Origin: Lepidodermella squamata
Lineage: Eukaryota > Animalia > Gastrotricha
Direction: 5' to 3'
Assembly: GCA_047495785.1 (NCBI GenBank)
Contig: JBLDXI010000025.1
Location: forward strand, 806,001-870,000
DNA length: 64,000 nucleotides
The translations under genes and the position numbers were made by a program. This document shows, one piece after another, positions 22,994-36,680 of this stretch. The notes beneath the pieces were generated by a model. The model saw nothing but the letters and a program-made list of their open reading frames with translations, made no database searches and was not told where the DNA came from. Within the stretch, counting starts at the first letter, position 1, and every line of letters starts with the position of its first letter.

Positions 22994-23272
22994 TGTGGCG
23001 GTGACGCCACCGCCCTGTTTACTATTTCTAGCAACAAATGTTCGGCGCGTGCTGCTTGGCAGCGCGCGCTCCACCTGTTTCACCAACTGGCTATAAAAAG
23101 CCCAATTTTACATGAAATTATCATCTTCCGTTTTGGAGATCATGAATTAGCCTAGCCTTAGCAATAAATAAAACCGCCTAGTTTCTTAGTTTGTCGGGAA
23201 TTGTTTTTTGCCTAAATACAAGTCGGGTCGTCGGTCATGATCCCGTGATCGCGAGTACCCGTCACCGTTACA
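22994..23272 (+). repeat. LTR-B (279 bp), a different LTR sharing only its termini with LTR-A
   Basis: Preceded by PPT GAGTGGGGGAGAG; begins TGTGGCGGTGAC and ends GTCACCGTTACA; contains TATAAAA and AATAAA. Confidence 0.85.
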
Positions 23273-26169
23273 AGCTAACTGCTTCATAGCAACCATGAGC
23301 CGCGGCCATGTGTAGGCACGTATCGCCGGTATCATTCACTTCGTAAAAAAATTCTTTAGATTTCGGGTGAAACATCAAAAACTCCAAAACGGCAGCATTG
23401 TTAGACTTCGCGGCGGCATGAAACAACGTGTTACCGTGATAATCAATACTTTCGATGCGTGTAGCGTGCTTTATCAAGAATTTAACGACCTCGAAGTGGC
23501 CATTACGGGCAGCAGCTAAAAGCGAAGAATTGCCCATTAGCCCGCAATCATCGATCAATCCCGGCATTTTAGCAGCGATAATTTCAAGCACTCTGAGGTG
23601 GCCATTTTCAGCCGCCAGATCGGCATGCTGAGCGAGTAGTTTAATGCCACAATCGGTGAGATACGCCGCGATTTCGTCACGGCCTTGTGCGCAAGCGGCG
23701 TGAAGTGTTGTGAATTCAGTTTTGCCTGGTTTGTACACAGACAAATCGACGCCGATTGAACGCAAGTATTTCAGCACTTCCAGGCAATTAGAATCAACGG
23801 CGAATCCAGCGGAAGATTCTGGCTGAATACCATCCATTGCAAGGCAAAAGCCATGCGGGCTAAGGTCGAAGTTTCCGACAAGAAAAGCCACCAAATCGAC
23901 ATTTCTACTACGAATCGCCCAATAGATTAGATTTTGAGTTTTTGCAAGCTCTGGTCGTTTTTCAAGCAGATAGGCTGAGATTTCGAAGTGGCCGCCAAGG
24001 GCAGCCTCCAACAAAGCGTTTCGGCCGGATGGCGTTGCTTCCTCTATATCAACCCTTATCGCTTCAGTTAGGAATCTAACTGACTCCATCGATCCGAGAG
24101 CTGACATTTTCATCAGAAGACTGCGATCCCCGTCATACGGGTTTCGAAATTCTGCGGCAAATCGAACAAGATCTGAGCTTGACCTGAATAACTCCAGGTA
24201 ACTTCTCAGCTGCTCAAAATTCGAAACCTTCGCCAAATTTCGGCAGTAGTCTGGAATCTTAAAACGGCGTATTGTAGCATCATTATAAAAAAACTGAACT
24301 TACAGAATTAATAGTGGCCATCTTCTTTTCTATTCGATGAGCAATTAGTTCACGCATGATTTTCAAGAGATCACTCGGTTCTTCAATGGTTCTACCAAAC
24401 TCCAACAAAGTAATCTGAAATGTCTCAACTTAGCCATCACTCAGAAAGAACCAAAAAACGCATACTCTGATGTCCAAGTCGACAACTGAAGCGTAAATTT
24501 TGCACAGGTCATTTTGGTCGCGGTAGAGCAGTGGAATTTCATTCACTGAAGCTAATTGCTGATTAATTTCGAGAAGGGCAAGCCGACAACTTGCTGGGTT
24601 GTAAAAATCACTGCTATCATCACCAGAAATAAAGGCACAAGAAGCTGGCAGATGGCACTTCATCTGCGTTCGGCTGAGTTGTTCAATCCTGGGTTCGAAC
24701 TGTTTCAAATGGAAGAAATGATGAATACATCATGTATTATATCCCAAAATTATGCCAACATTGTGTGAGATGAATCTGCATATCAAGCGGACATTTTCTG
24801 AATGCAAAAATATGCAGTATCGGCAGAATGATTGATCGCAATGACCGCAAGAAACGTAGTCGTATTTACAATTTTCAACGTGGCCGCACTGCTCGCCGAC
24901 TGATTTGAAGGATAGATCATGTTCACGCATTGCTGTCGCAATGTTTGACAGTGCGTAATTGGTCTTCAACGCTGTTGCAAATTACACCGATAAAAATGAA
25001 AGACGGGGTTGTCGAAAAAACCAATACCGATTGGTTGGAACTGAAGAGGAAGCTTGCACTCAGGGCAGACTGTTCTACAACAAGCCACTCGCGGGCGATC
25101 AAATTCCTTCTTGAAGCAAGCGCCACATATTGCATGCAAACATTGTGGCATCATTCGAGCGCCTATCACAAGCTCTTGGCACATTGGACAGCTCAGGGCC
25201 TGCGGGAAAATAAAATCGCCGTCACATCATCCCTGTCAACTACCGTCAAACGGGGCGACTTTGCCACGGAAAAATGGGGCGACTTTCGCATAGCCATATC
25301 TCAGAGTTATAAAGATAAAGGCCCCTTGAGTGGGGTACCGTTGGAAAGCCCAAGAAAAGACCAGCTGGAATGCCTTGAACATACTTCAGCCCTTCACAAT
25401 ACCTGGTGATTAAACACAGGTAAAGTTGAGCGAAAAAATAGAGTTTTCGGCAGAATTTAGATGACTCTAAAGTCGACCAGGTGTTTTGCCTCGCATTTTT
25501 CAATACAGAAGTCATTTTTTAGATTTCGTTAAGTTTTCGGAATTTTTAATTGAAGTCGCAAACAGTATTTTCTTCACCAATTTCTTCGCTAAGATCCCGA
25601 AGACCTGATCTATCTAAAGGTGAAAACCACCTAACAAGATTCCTCATGGTTACAGAGTTATTAAAACATGCGAGGCCTACAATTATTGGTCGTATTTTAC
25701 CTTGCGAATTTGCGCGTATGACGTCATTTTTCAGATCATCTAATACCACCTAAATCAAGATGAAAATCATCACAGAAAAAGTCCAAATCTTTTTTCGAAT
25801 AAGAAATTGGCAAACATTTAAAAAAATATGCAGCCAAAAAGTTCGCATGAAAAATATCTTGAGCAAAATTATTGTAGCACCGCTTTTATGTTCCTTGGCT
25901 TAATCCGAACTTGCCGCCTCTTGAACAGCTGTGTCAACGAGGGCACCATCTCTTTGATGCTAGGAAATGTGCACTACATCAAATTGTAATCAATCCAATT
26001 TGGTTATGCGGAGAGGTATTTGTGTTGAGATATTTGAAAAAAGAAAGTTCGGATGCTTGCATGTTGCAAGAAGCAACTCATCGCTTAACTGTACTTGGCT
26101 GCTTTGGAAATAAAACGTAAAAATAGTAAAGGTAAAATTTCTGTCTGTTAATAGTACAAACTGCAGGGT

Positions 26170-26590
26170 CAGACACAGCAGTTCTATCTACGACATGTGG
26201 GTGGATCGTTCAAATGATGGCCGTGTACACTTCGGGCTTCAGACTTTCCCTAGCTGGCTGCTTTCATGAGCTCTATGAAAGTTACGTAAGCGATTTGATC
26301 CGATGCTGTTAATGGGCAATTTCAGGTGCTGTGCACATCATCTGGCTCATTTAGTGCCTCTATTTAGTCATCTATCGTGAATTATGCGAAAAACATGTAG
26401 CAACGTTTTGCCTTTTTTGATCAGCCAGTCTCTCAGCTTGCCCGACATTCTGGTCAAGATAATTGGCTGCCAGGAGCAAGCGTTTTGCAAATAGCGTCCA
26501 TGAATGAGCTATCAAACGATGAGTCCGCGCTAGGGCAGCATTTTCGAATCAGATTCCACGCCACTTGCAGTCGCTATGATTCAAACCAAA
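26170..26590 (+). mobile_element. Decayed hAT-like DNA transposase remnant
   Basis: Ordered degenerate motifs (S/T)DMW, YVSD, CCAHHLAHLV (CxxH) and SRYDS (TRWxS-like), with stops and frameshifts. Confidence 0.4.
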
Positions 26591-26817
26591 AATTAGGCAA
26601 AAATATCTAACCAAAACGACAAATAACAGGATCAAGATATTTACCGCCGAGATGTATAGCTCAATACAAGAACATTACGAAAGGAGGAAGGGGATCAATT
26701 ATTGACGAGTTATGGAAGTAGTAAGCTTTCGGCTAGCGAAAAGTACAAAGGTCGAAAATCAGGCTGAGTTACAAAAGTGTCCAAGTGAGGTTGAATCTAA
26801 TAAATTCAACAAAGTTT

Positions 26818-29499
26818 TCAATGCGATGGCGCCGCAATTGCGCGCAATTCTTGAACTAATTTCGCTGGAAGATCTTTGCTCAGCAAATCCATCGGAGTTC
26901 GCCCGGCTGCGTTTTTCCAACGCAGCAGTTCTGCGGCTTCTTTTCGCTTCATCAGCAGTTTCAAAACGCTGAGTTTGGCCTTAGACACGGCAACGTGATA
27001 GATGTTGTTGCCCATATTGTCGCGAGTTCTAACACAGGCGCCGCGTGAAATCAAATATTCAACATTAGCCGGTCTGTCATGACGAACAGCAACCATGAGC
27101 GGGGACATCGAGGTGTCTTTCGTTTTCTCATCAACTGAAAACGCATAGTTGTCCAACAGATACGAGTAGCATTCAGCACCCCGCCAGCACATCGACACAC
27201 GGTGAAGGCAAGTGTTGCCGAATTTGTCGAAAGTGTACACATCACCCGGATTCTTCGAGATGGCGAGCTTCAATAGCGCCAAATTACCAGACTGAGCGGC
27301 GAGAGCGACGAATCCTTCCTTATTCTTTGACATCTTCTTAATATCAGCACCGTTTTCCAGCAGCAACTGAACGATTTTTTCAGCGCCCGAAACCGCGGCG
27401 ATGAGCAGGGCTGATCTTCCTTTAGAGTCTTCGTCAGCAGAAACAGAATCGGCGTGATTTTTCAAAAACCACTCGACAACATCAGAACAATTCCCCGCAA
27501 CTGCTGCGAGAAAAGGCGTTTCATTGTCTTTGTTCCGACTGCCAATAAGGCCGCTGTTCTTTTGTAGTAGCATTTTAACGACATCCATATAGCCAGAATT
27601 TGCGGCTAAATGAATGGCCTGATCGAGCCGCACTGACTTCTCATCGATTTTGGCGCCTTTTTCCAGTAAATATTCAGCGACTTCGACCCGACCATTCCCA
27701 CATGCCACCATGAACGGAGTGACATTGTGCTTCGACAGGGCGTTTACATTAGCGCCATGCTTCCCCACAAGCAAGCGTACGCTTTCGACGTCATCGAATT
27801 GGGCAAAATGATGCAACATCGTGTAGCCATTATCCTTTTTCTCAGCCAACGCTAGCGTTGGATCTACTTCCAAAAGGAACTCGACAATTTCATTGCTGCC
27901 TGCTGCTGAGTGAAGGGCGTTAGAGCCGTCGTCATCGGTAACTCTCGGACTTGCGCCGAATTCAGTGATCAAATGCCGAACACCTTCCAATGAGCCAGCT
28001 GCAGCCAACTGAAGCAGTAGCGGGGTCGATTCGCCATGTTCCATAACAATATCGCGGCAATTTTCCGGTAGTTTTCTAATCGCTGCCAACAGCTCCTCGA
28101 ATTCACCATTACCGGCTAAGTCGTGAAAAACCGTGTATCCTGACTCCTGTGAAGTAAAATGCAGCAATACATCAATACAATACAGAAAACATGAATGGAG
28201 GTAGCCCGGATGAGACCGAAGTCGATTTTTTTTCAAAAACTTGGGTCCAGTTTGTCGCCAATTGTCCAAAATTGTGGAAAATGAGCCGAAAAAATATCCA
28301 CAACTCTAATCCAGAAAAAACAGGACACAAACCTCACTGAGATAAGATTCATAATCATCCTCCTCTGCAGTAACCGATAGTTTTTCATTCATAATTCCGC
28401 TCAGTTGATTAGGTAAGTTATCGTCCCATCTCAGCGTGTAGTCGAATGTCATTAATTCGTAAATTTCGCGAGCGGTGCATGCCTGCCAATGCAAAAATAG
28501 CTTTTAGTTACTCATTCAATCATTCCAAGACTTGATTTTCGGACCTTCGAAAAGCTATCCGAGATTCGCTTGTGCAACTCAATTACAGGACCGGACTGCT
28601 TGCTAAGGAAAGTCGCATTGCCAAGACGATCGGCCATTTTCTCGCTCTCACTGGTCGAATCAATGATTTCAGTGACATTTGTAAGTGAATTCAATGCGGC
28701 CATCTTTTTATCATTCAGTTCCGCGAGACTTTTCAGCATGTTCTCTCGATGCTCCACAACAACGGCCGTTAGAGCGGAAACGAGATCTTCGCTAGACTTG
28801 ATAATTCTCGATTTCACATCTTCGAAATTTTCGCCAAGTTTTTGTGTTCCTTCTGCCTTTAATTTTGCAGCAGACTCAACCGTTAGATCACAGTTTTCTC
28901 TTAGCTGAAAATGCGTATTTATTAGTTTCATTTCTAAGATTCAAAGTTACCCGAATTAATCCGAAAGCTATTTCCAGCTTGAGACGTTCAAAATGTAGGG
29001 CGAAACAGATAGAGCAGAAATTGAGATTGCAGTGGTCACAGCGCTTAAGAGCATTTTTAGCCAGGTGAGCAGCATGGGGGCATCTCTCGCCCAGGTTGTG
29101 TTCCACCGCTTCATCCGCCTTGCTCCTCAAAACTTCTACGGCCCGTTTGACGGCATAGTTCACTTTGAAGCCTTAGAAGGAAACAATAAGCAGAGTGAGA
29201 AAAGAAATCCCTGAGAGTTATTACCTTTCGGGCCTTCTGGGGGCAAAGCTATCACAACTCTACACTCAGGGCAGGCGACCTGCCCGCCAGGAGCTGAAGA
29301 TTGGCAGATTGCTTCCATACATGAGCTACAAATGCTATGTCCGCACTGTGGCAGGATTTTCGGATCCGATTCTACACCGAGGCAAACTGCACACCTGAGA
29401 GCCTAAATCATGAATTCGACATGTATAACGGGAGACTATAAGTGCATACAAACTCACAGTGTAAAAAGAGCCGTTTTCCAGCTGATCTGCAGCTGCCAT
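26818..29499 (-). CDS. RBCC-ANK gene B (RING, B-box-like, coiled-coil, about 10-12 ankyrin repeats)
   Basis: ATG 29499 (MAAADQLENGSFYT), RING CAVC...CGHSICSSC...CPEC, CPH...CDHC...CSIC...H, a coiled-coil exon and a long ankyrin terminal exon, joined by GT-AG introns. Confidence 0.85.
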
Positions 29500-29989
29500 G
29501 CTAACAAACTTTCAATGCTTCTAAAGTGGTACCAAATAGCAAATAGAATTTCATAACATGAAGACACAAGGGTTCATCTAGCCGTCCTCATCCTACCCCG
29601 AGCCAGCCTAAATATCGAACCATTCGGCCAATTTTGCGAGTATTTGAGACCTTCAAACTCTATTTTTCGGCCACCCATTTCTGAATCTGATGAATCCAAG
29701 CCTCAACGTATTAGCGCTTGGTTTTATTGCGTTTCCCTCGAAATAGTTTGCATCTCAAAATCAGTTTTAAAACTCGACGTAAAACGTAAAAGCATCAACT
29801 TAAGTAAGCAGTTAAGTAGTAACATGATTAAACATGTTTTGCGTTTTTTTCGTAAGCGACTAGATGCCGCAGATCCGGAGTCAGCCATTATAAATATCAA
29901 GCGAACAATAATCTCATCGCATCAAACAGATGCTTTCAATGTCAGTTAATTGGATAGACTGATGCAACGTCGGGTAGCCTTATCGGGTA

Positions 29990-30293
29990 GCTCGCCATTA
30001 TCCTTTTTCTCAGCCAACGCTGGCGTTGGATCTACTTCCAAAAGGAACTCGACGATTTCCTTCCCGCCTGTGGCTAGGTACATGGCGCTGGAGCCGTCGG
30101 TAACTCGGAGCCGTCGGTCGAGAATTGGTAACTTTCGGACTTGCGCCGAATTCAGTGATCAGTGATTTCAGTGATGCCGAAGCATAAGTCATCCGCTCGA
30201 AAATAAAAATCCGAGAACGGTTGAAAACGGTCGAAAATGGTTGCAATCATCACGGTGTAAAAAGGCCATTCTCCAACTGATCTGCAGATGCTA
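29990..30293 (-). pseudogene. Collapsed relic C of a B-like RBCC-ANK gene
   Basis: First exon with ATG mutated to ATA sits next to an ankyrin fragment (ITEFGASPKVT...IVEFLLEVDPTPALAEKKDNG). Confidence 0.75.
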
Positions 30294-31145
30294 TATCAAC
30301 AAACTTTCAATGCTACATGCAAAAATAAAAGATAAGCGCAATTGATATCTTTAGTAGAATGCATTTTCTTCAGTCACAATTAACCCCGAAAAAATTGGAA
30401 TATATTGAGTGGCGCCCCCCTGTCCCGTCGTACTGTGCCCGAGCCTTTTTCTTCTCTCCATCCTGTATATTTTCGTTAGGCCTAATTCATTATTTTGGAG
30501 AAAGGGCACAATAAAACGTCCTGAAAAAGTTGAAACGCCGTTGGCCGCATTTCGTTTCGAGTGGCAGCTGATGCTTGTGGCGAGAAGAACAAGGACTATG
30601 CGTTCTACTGGCAATAACAACACGTTTATAACTATCTCTAGTCTTTCGCCCGTTTTATCCAGGGAGGTGCCGCACCAGTCGCAAGGCGTGGTCAATACTG
30701 AGCTTCAATTTATTTTTTCAGCCGAAATGGAAGGAAGATCAATTAGTTTCTTCCTCGCAACCCTAGTCTTAGGTAGTCCCAAAGTGAATAAGTAAATTAA
30801 TAAGTAAATTAATAATAATTAACGAATAAGTAAAAAAAATATCGCAACACCTGCTGCTTGTGACAATAACATTTCGTATTTTTTTCCTTATGAGGCAAGT
30901 TCATATAAGTCTGCCTTAGCGCATAGTCTAGTCTATGTTGACAAAATGCTAACATGTTCATTTCCACGCATACATAAGCTTCGTATAACCCCACTCAACA
31001 CAGGCAAACCTTTGTTTGCAAAGTCTTGCGTCATCAAGTCGTTTTTCCCGTCAACTGGGTGGACTCAATAAATACCACCGCTAATTCGCGAAAATTCATT
31101 ATTAACATTTTCTTTCTATCAATTTGATCTCTATCCACAATTAAA

Positions 31146-31504
31146 ATGGCTGGCCCCTTGCTCCCTGTATCGGCGGTTTTCATGGCAATCATTTCAGTTA
31201 TAGCAGCGAAACGCCCTAGTAAGTAAGTTGTTAGATACTGCTAAATGCGAAACTGAATGAATTTGCTCTTTCAGCTATTGCTGGCTACAAGCCTAATGCA
31301 AAAAGTTGCTATGACAACAAAAACTTTTATGGTGTACACATGGGACGCGTTGGAAACGCTCAGGCGTGTGCTGACAAGTGTACCACGGCTAAAGACTGCC
31401 GCGCTTTTGCATTTACCACCATTCGCGACAATTGTGTCTTGTTTACGAGCTGTGCCAACAAGGCCAATCTCTCCAGAGGAGAAACGGCTTATATTAAGAC
31501 CTAA
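31146..31504 (+). CDS. PAN5: secreted PAN/apple protein (one intron)
   Basis: Spliced product MAGPLLPVSAVFMAIISVIAAKRP/TIAGYKPNAKSCYDNKNFYGVHMGRVGNAQACADKCTTAKDCRAFAFTTIRDNCVLFTSCANKANLSRGETAYIKT. Confidence 0.85.
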
Positions 31505-31599
31505 TGTGTTGCGAAGAGACTAGAATAAAATTTAGCGCTATCAGTTTATTCCGATTCCGACGTTTCAATTTCTATTATAACAGAAATCCTCTTCAGGGA

Positions 31600-33699
31600 G
31601 AAAAAGTTACTTAGTGAGTGGAACCAACGAATCCACAAAATCGCTATTGGCTGGACTAAAATGTGTTGAAGGGCGCGATTGGTTAGAATTTCCATCATCT
31701 TCGGGTCGGGGAGTTCAGCTGCCTCGGGTCGGTTCAGCAAATACCTTAAAACATCGGCTCGTTCAGGTTTCACCACAGCATGATGATAAACATTGCAGCC
31801 ATCAGAATCACGTACTTGTAGACAAGTTTAACCAGAAATTCAACATTGGGTAAAATACCGTTCAACGTTGCAACCATCAGCGGAGTCAAGTTACTGTTTT
31901 TGCTTGGCTCGTCAATTAAAAATGGGCAGTTTCCAGCAAATAAGCTAAACAAGCTCGGCCTGGAAAGTCGTGCAAGATCAATTTCACAAGGTCCAAAGGA
32001 CCACCCGCTACAGCAACCATTAGCGGGGTATTGCCTTGAGAGTTCTTGAAGGTAATCGCATCATTGTTCACATTGTTCAATCCATAGATCCACGTCACGA
32101 CATCAACATGTTCATTCATAGCTGCTGCGTGAATCGGTTTCCAATCGCTAGAGCCCGGATAATGCACAACTGCTCCTTTCTGATCGTAGAGGTATTTTGC
32201 AATTTCCAAATGTCCGTTCTAACACGCTTGCATCTGAGCATTCTGATAGCAGCCATTTCCATCTTTTGCGTTGTCATTCTCAACCAATAACCGGGCGACA
32301 TCTAAACAGCCCTTTTGAGCGGCGATATCGAGCATTGTATAGCACTTGTCTCCCGTCTTTTTTGCTTCAGCTAATTTCGGCTCCAATGCGAGTAAATATT
32401 TGGCTAATTAAAACTTAGGAACAGCTAAATGACCAGCAGTCGCTTTGCCTTTGGATATCGAGAGCAAGTCAACTTTGAACTCGTTCAAGAACCAAAGCAC
32501 TACTTCTAAAGATCCAGAAGATACAATCTGGTGGAATAACGTCCTGTCTTCAAAATCTCCAGAAGCAGAGGTTGAAGACCCCTCGGGACTGCTTTTATCG
32601 ATGCAAACAGTTTGTCAAAATCACCCTTTCTTGCATGAAATTGGTCGTCATTCAAATAGGCAAAACGAGCCAAATCACAGTTCAAATAAAAAAACTTGCT
32701 TAGGTGGTCGACGACTTGTTTGATTCTCCATTTTCCCATTCAATGAGGCAATTTTTGTTGAGCAGCTCGGAAAACTGGCTTGCTACGCCCACGTCCCACT
32801 TTAGAGATATTGCCGGTTTGGAATGTTCTCCAAAGCGCCTGATTTCATTCAGTTGATAGTTAGAAATCAAAAGCAATGAATGGCTCGTTTGAAATAGGAA
32901 AAAATGGCTTAGGAACTGTCATTAATAGATTTTGTTCGTGATTTCCCACTAAAAAAAGTCAAAATCAACAGGCTTAAAAGATGCAGGGCAAGAAATGAAT
33001 GCCATATTTTTAAGCATACCGTCGAGTAGAATGTGGCAGTTTTGTTGAACAGTTCGAGAAGCTGTTCTTCCTTGTTGTTCAGAAAAGACGAGTCCATTAC
33101 TTCATCCCGAAGAAGTTCCTTCACACATTCAGTAATTTCGTTCGTTGACAAAACAGAATCCAGCCGCGATGAGATACGCTGCTCATAATCATCCGCGGCT
33201 TTCAACAAATTCTCACGATGCTCGATGATCACTGCGGTAATCGCTTCAACGATTTCTTGCTTTACACAAGCGATTTGATAGGCGAGAATCGCCGCGTTTT
33301 CCGAAGTTATTTAAGCAGTTGAATTGCAGTTCTCACGCATCTGAAATGTTTTCACAGTTAATTTTTTAGAGCACTGTCTTTAGGTTTACCCCGTGAATTC
33401 CGAAAGCCTATTTTTATACCTCGGAATCCATCTACAGGCAAGGTTTGCTCAGCTCGACACTCAGGACAGATAAAATTAGGAGTGAAAATCGACACTCACT
33501 TGCACATTTCTTCAGCGCGATTAGAGCAAATCGAATGGCCGAATTGATGCAGGATCTTCTGCTCAGGCTCGGCTCCCAAGCAAACAGGGCAACTCAAAGC
33601 CTATGGAAAAATGCAAAATTCTTCCGAAATTTGATAATCCAAAGACTCATTTCTCACCAAGTAGAATAGTCCGTGCTCCGATTCCTTTCCGGCTGCCAT
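31600..33699 (-). pseudogene. RBCC-ANK pseudogene D (paralog of G)
   Basis: First exon MAAGKESEHGLFYL, RING with lost Cys residues, and multiply frameshifted coiled-coil and ankyrin segments matching gene G. Confidence 0.85.
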
Positions 33700-34129
33700 A
33701 ATGGCGATTGCTCAAAAACAAAGCTTAGTTAATAGATGAAATCTACAAACACATGCGATTAGGAACAGGAAATTCAAGTATTTATGGTTTATATGCGCTC
33801 AACATCGAGTTGGATCGCCGCTCATTCAATTAGACTGGAGCATATCATACAGTCCCCAAATTCCAAAATTGAATTCCGCCTTTCGAAAACGCCCTTCAGA
33901 GAAAACAATCAGATCAGATTCAGACACAAATTCTCTCAGCGATTCTTAGCTTATTTGGTCTCAAACCTTCAAGAAATCATGGAAACAAAGATGGAAAAGG
34001 TAAGTATGTCAATGATCAAATTAGGAAGTAGCAATTAGTAAGGTCATGCAGCAACAAAGTAATGGAGTATGTCAATGTGATCAACAGTTTGAAATGATCG
34101 TCATTTGTCATTATTCTTGTTCGAAATTG

Positions 34130-36680
34130 TTACGAAGCTGTGGCGATTGAGCGCAGGTCATGAACTAGCTTCTCGGACAAGTCTTTGCTAATAACATCCA
34201 TCGGGGTTTTTCCAGCATTGTTTTTCAGCCGCAGCATCTCGCCAGCTTCTTTGCGCGCCATCAAAAATTGCAAAACGTTGACTTTCGCTTTTGACACAGC
34301 AACATGGAAAATGTTGTTGCCCAGATTATCACGAGTTCGCAAACAAGCCCCACGCGAGATCAGAAATTCAACATTATTTGGCCGGTCATAAAACACTGCA
34401 ACCATGAGAGGCGACATCAAACTGGTTTTAGATGGTTCATCCACTGAAAATGGGTAGTTCTCCAAGAGATACGTATAGCAGGCCGATCCACGATAGCCAA
34501 TGGAAACGCGGTGTATGCATGAATAGCCGAATTTGTCGCGAGATATAATACTACCAGGGTTGACAGAAATAGCCAGTTTTAAAAGATCCACATTTCCAGA
34601 TTGTGCAGCGAATGCTACAAAGCCTTCGTTATCCTTTGACAGCTTCTTGAAATCACCACCTTTATCCAGCAATAACCTAGCGACATCTAGCTGACGATAT
34701 AGCGCAGCAATAAGAAGGGGCGACATTCCATTCGCTCCTTCAGTTTTCAACGAATGCTCAGCATGATTCTCGAGGAACCATTTCACCACTTCAGAGGATC
34801 CATTCACAACAGCTGCGAGGAACGGGGTAGCTTGCTTTTCGTTCACACTAGCGATGAGTCCGCTACTCTTGCCAAGCAGCATTTTCACAATGTTCAAACT
34901 GTCAGATCTCGCAGCTAAATGAATGGCTTGATCGAGCCCAAATGAGGACTTGTCGTCAATTCTGGCGCCCTTGTTCAGCAGATATTCAGCAATTTCAAAG
35001 CAGTCATTTTCACAGGCCACCATTAACGGGGTGAAATTCTGCTTTGACAGCGCGTTAATATCAGCGCCATGATGTTCGACGAGCAAACGGACGATAGGCA
35101 GCTTTTCTTTCGCAACGAAATAATGCAACATAGTGAAGCCGTCGCTCTGTTTCACGGTCTGAGCGAGAGATGGATCCATTTCTAAGAGGTATTCAACAAT
35201 TTCCTGGTGATCAGCTGCCAAATGAAGAGCATTAAACCCGTTATTATTCGTAACTTTTGGATTAGCCCAGAATTCTGTGAACAGGTATCGAACGCCTTCA
35301 AAGGACCCGGCAGCGGCTAATTGTAGCAGCAACGTGGCAGATTCACGATGTTCGATGACAAGATTTCGCACATTCTCGTTCAATTTTTCGAGCAATTCCA
35401 CAAGTTCTTGCGCCTTTCCTTTAGAAGCCAAGTCGTGATATGGCGAGTACATGGAAACCTGCAGTAAACGCAATACATGAATATTTCAACACCGAAATGT
35501 ATCTATGTATTGGGTACACACCTGAGGGCGAGATTTACCACCGCTTTCATCCGCAGAAACCCGGCATTTCGCATTCATCAGTTCACTCAAATGATTGGGT
35601 AATGCATCATCCCATTTCAAGGTTAGGTCCAAATTTAAGGCTTCACAGGAATACCGAACAGTGCGCGTCTAAACAGCATAGACTTTCAGATTAACATTTA
35701 GCAAGAATGAATCATGAATGAAACCTTAAGAAAAAGTTCGGAAATTTGTTGATGAATGTCAATGACACGACCAGACTGCTTGTTCATGAATGAAGCATTT
35801 TCAAGTTGTTCAGACAAGCTTTCAATCTCCGCGTTCGATGCAATGATTTCCGAACACTCCGTTGCCGAATTCAATGCAGCCAGTTTCTTCTCGCTCAGCT
35901 CGGAGAGACCTTTAAGCATGTTTTCACGATGTTCAACAACAACGGCGGTTAAAGCAGCTATCAAATCTTCGCTAGATTTCAGGATTTGTGCCTTGACAAT
36001 CTCAACAGTCTCGCTCAACTTTTTCAGCCCTTCTTCTTTTAAGTTCGCAGCAAATTCAACGGTGGCATTATTATTTTCTCGTAGCTAAAAAAATATATGC
36101 CGCAATTTATATTTCAAGTGTTAAGATTTCCAAATTACTCGCATAAATCCAAAGGAACTTTCTATCTTCAGGCGTTCGACGTGAAGGGCGAAACAAATCA
36201 AGCAAAAATGAGAATCACAATGATCGCATGATCGCAGTGAGGTTTTAACGAGATGAGCAGCATGAGGGCACTTCTCGCCAAGGTTTTGATCAATCGCCTC
36301 ATCTGTTTGGCTTTTCAGGACTTCGACTGCTCGCTTCACTGCAAAGTTCACCTTAAAAGCTGAAAGAAAACCTAAGAACAATTTGGCTGAACAGGGGAGA
36401 CTAACCTCTTGGGCCTTCCGGCGGCAATGTTACAACAGCTCGGCATTCTGGGCAAGCTAGCTGGCCACTTGGAGCCAGGGGTTTGCATATCGCATCCATG
36501 CACGAGATGCAAACACTATGGCCGCATTGGGGTAAAATCATAGGGTCCGATTCAACCCCAAGGCAAACGGCACAACTCAGCGCCTTTATCGTCAATTACA
36601 TCAAACTAAACAACAAAACAATGCTGAAAAGAACTTACTGCGTAGAAAGTGCTGCTCTCCGTAGAATCTTCAGCAGCCAT
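34130..36680 (-). CDS. RBCC-ANK gene E (paralog of B)
   Basis: ATG 36680; RING in 36401-36595, B-box-like in 36121-36381, coiled-coil in 35698-36085, ankyrin exon 34130-~35458. Confidence 0.85.

Larger units (their letters stand above)
14520..23272 (+). mobile_element. Composite Ty3/Gypsy LTR retrotransposon: LTR-A, gag-pol, LTR-A, short internal region, LTR-B
   Basis: TG...CA LTRs, two primer-binding sites, two polypurine tracts, domain order PR-RT-RH-IN, and a GC-rich interior. Confidence 0.95.
14369..25297 (-). pseudogene. RBCC-ANK gene A, split in its last exon by the Gypsy insertion
   Basis: RING (CPMC...CLHAICGAC...CPEC), B-box-like (CGH...CGHCDQSFCRYCIFLH) and ankyrin exon. Removing the insertion rejoins ...HMAAAHGCYEAVS to LLLQNCPAMATMSNDFGISPLAVA... 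in frame. Confidence 0.85.
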
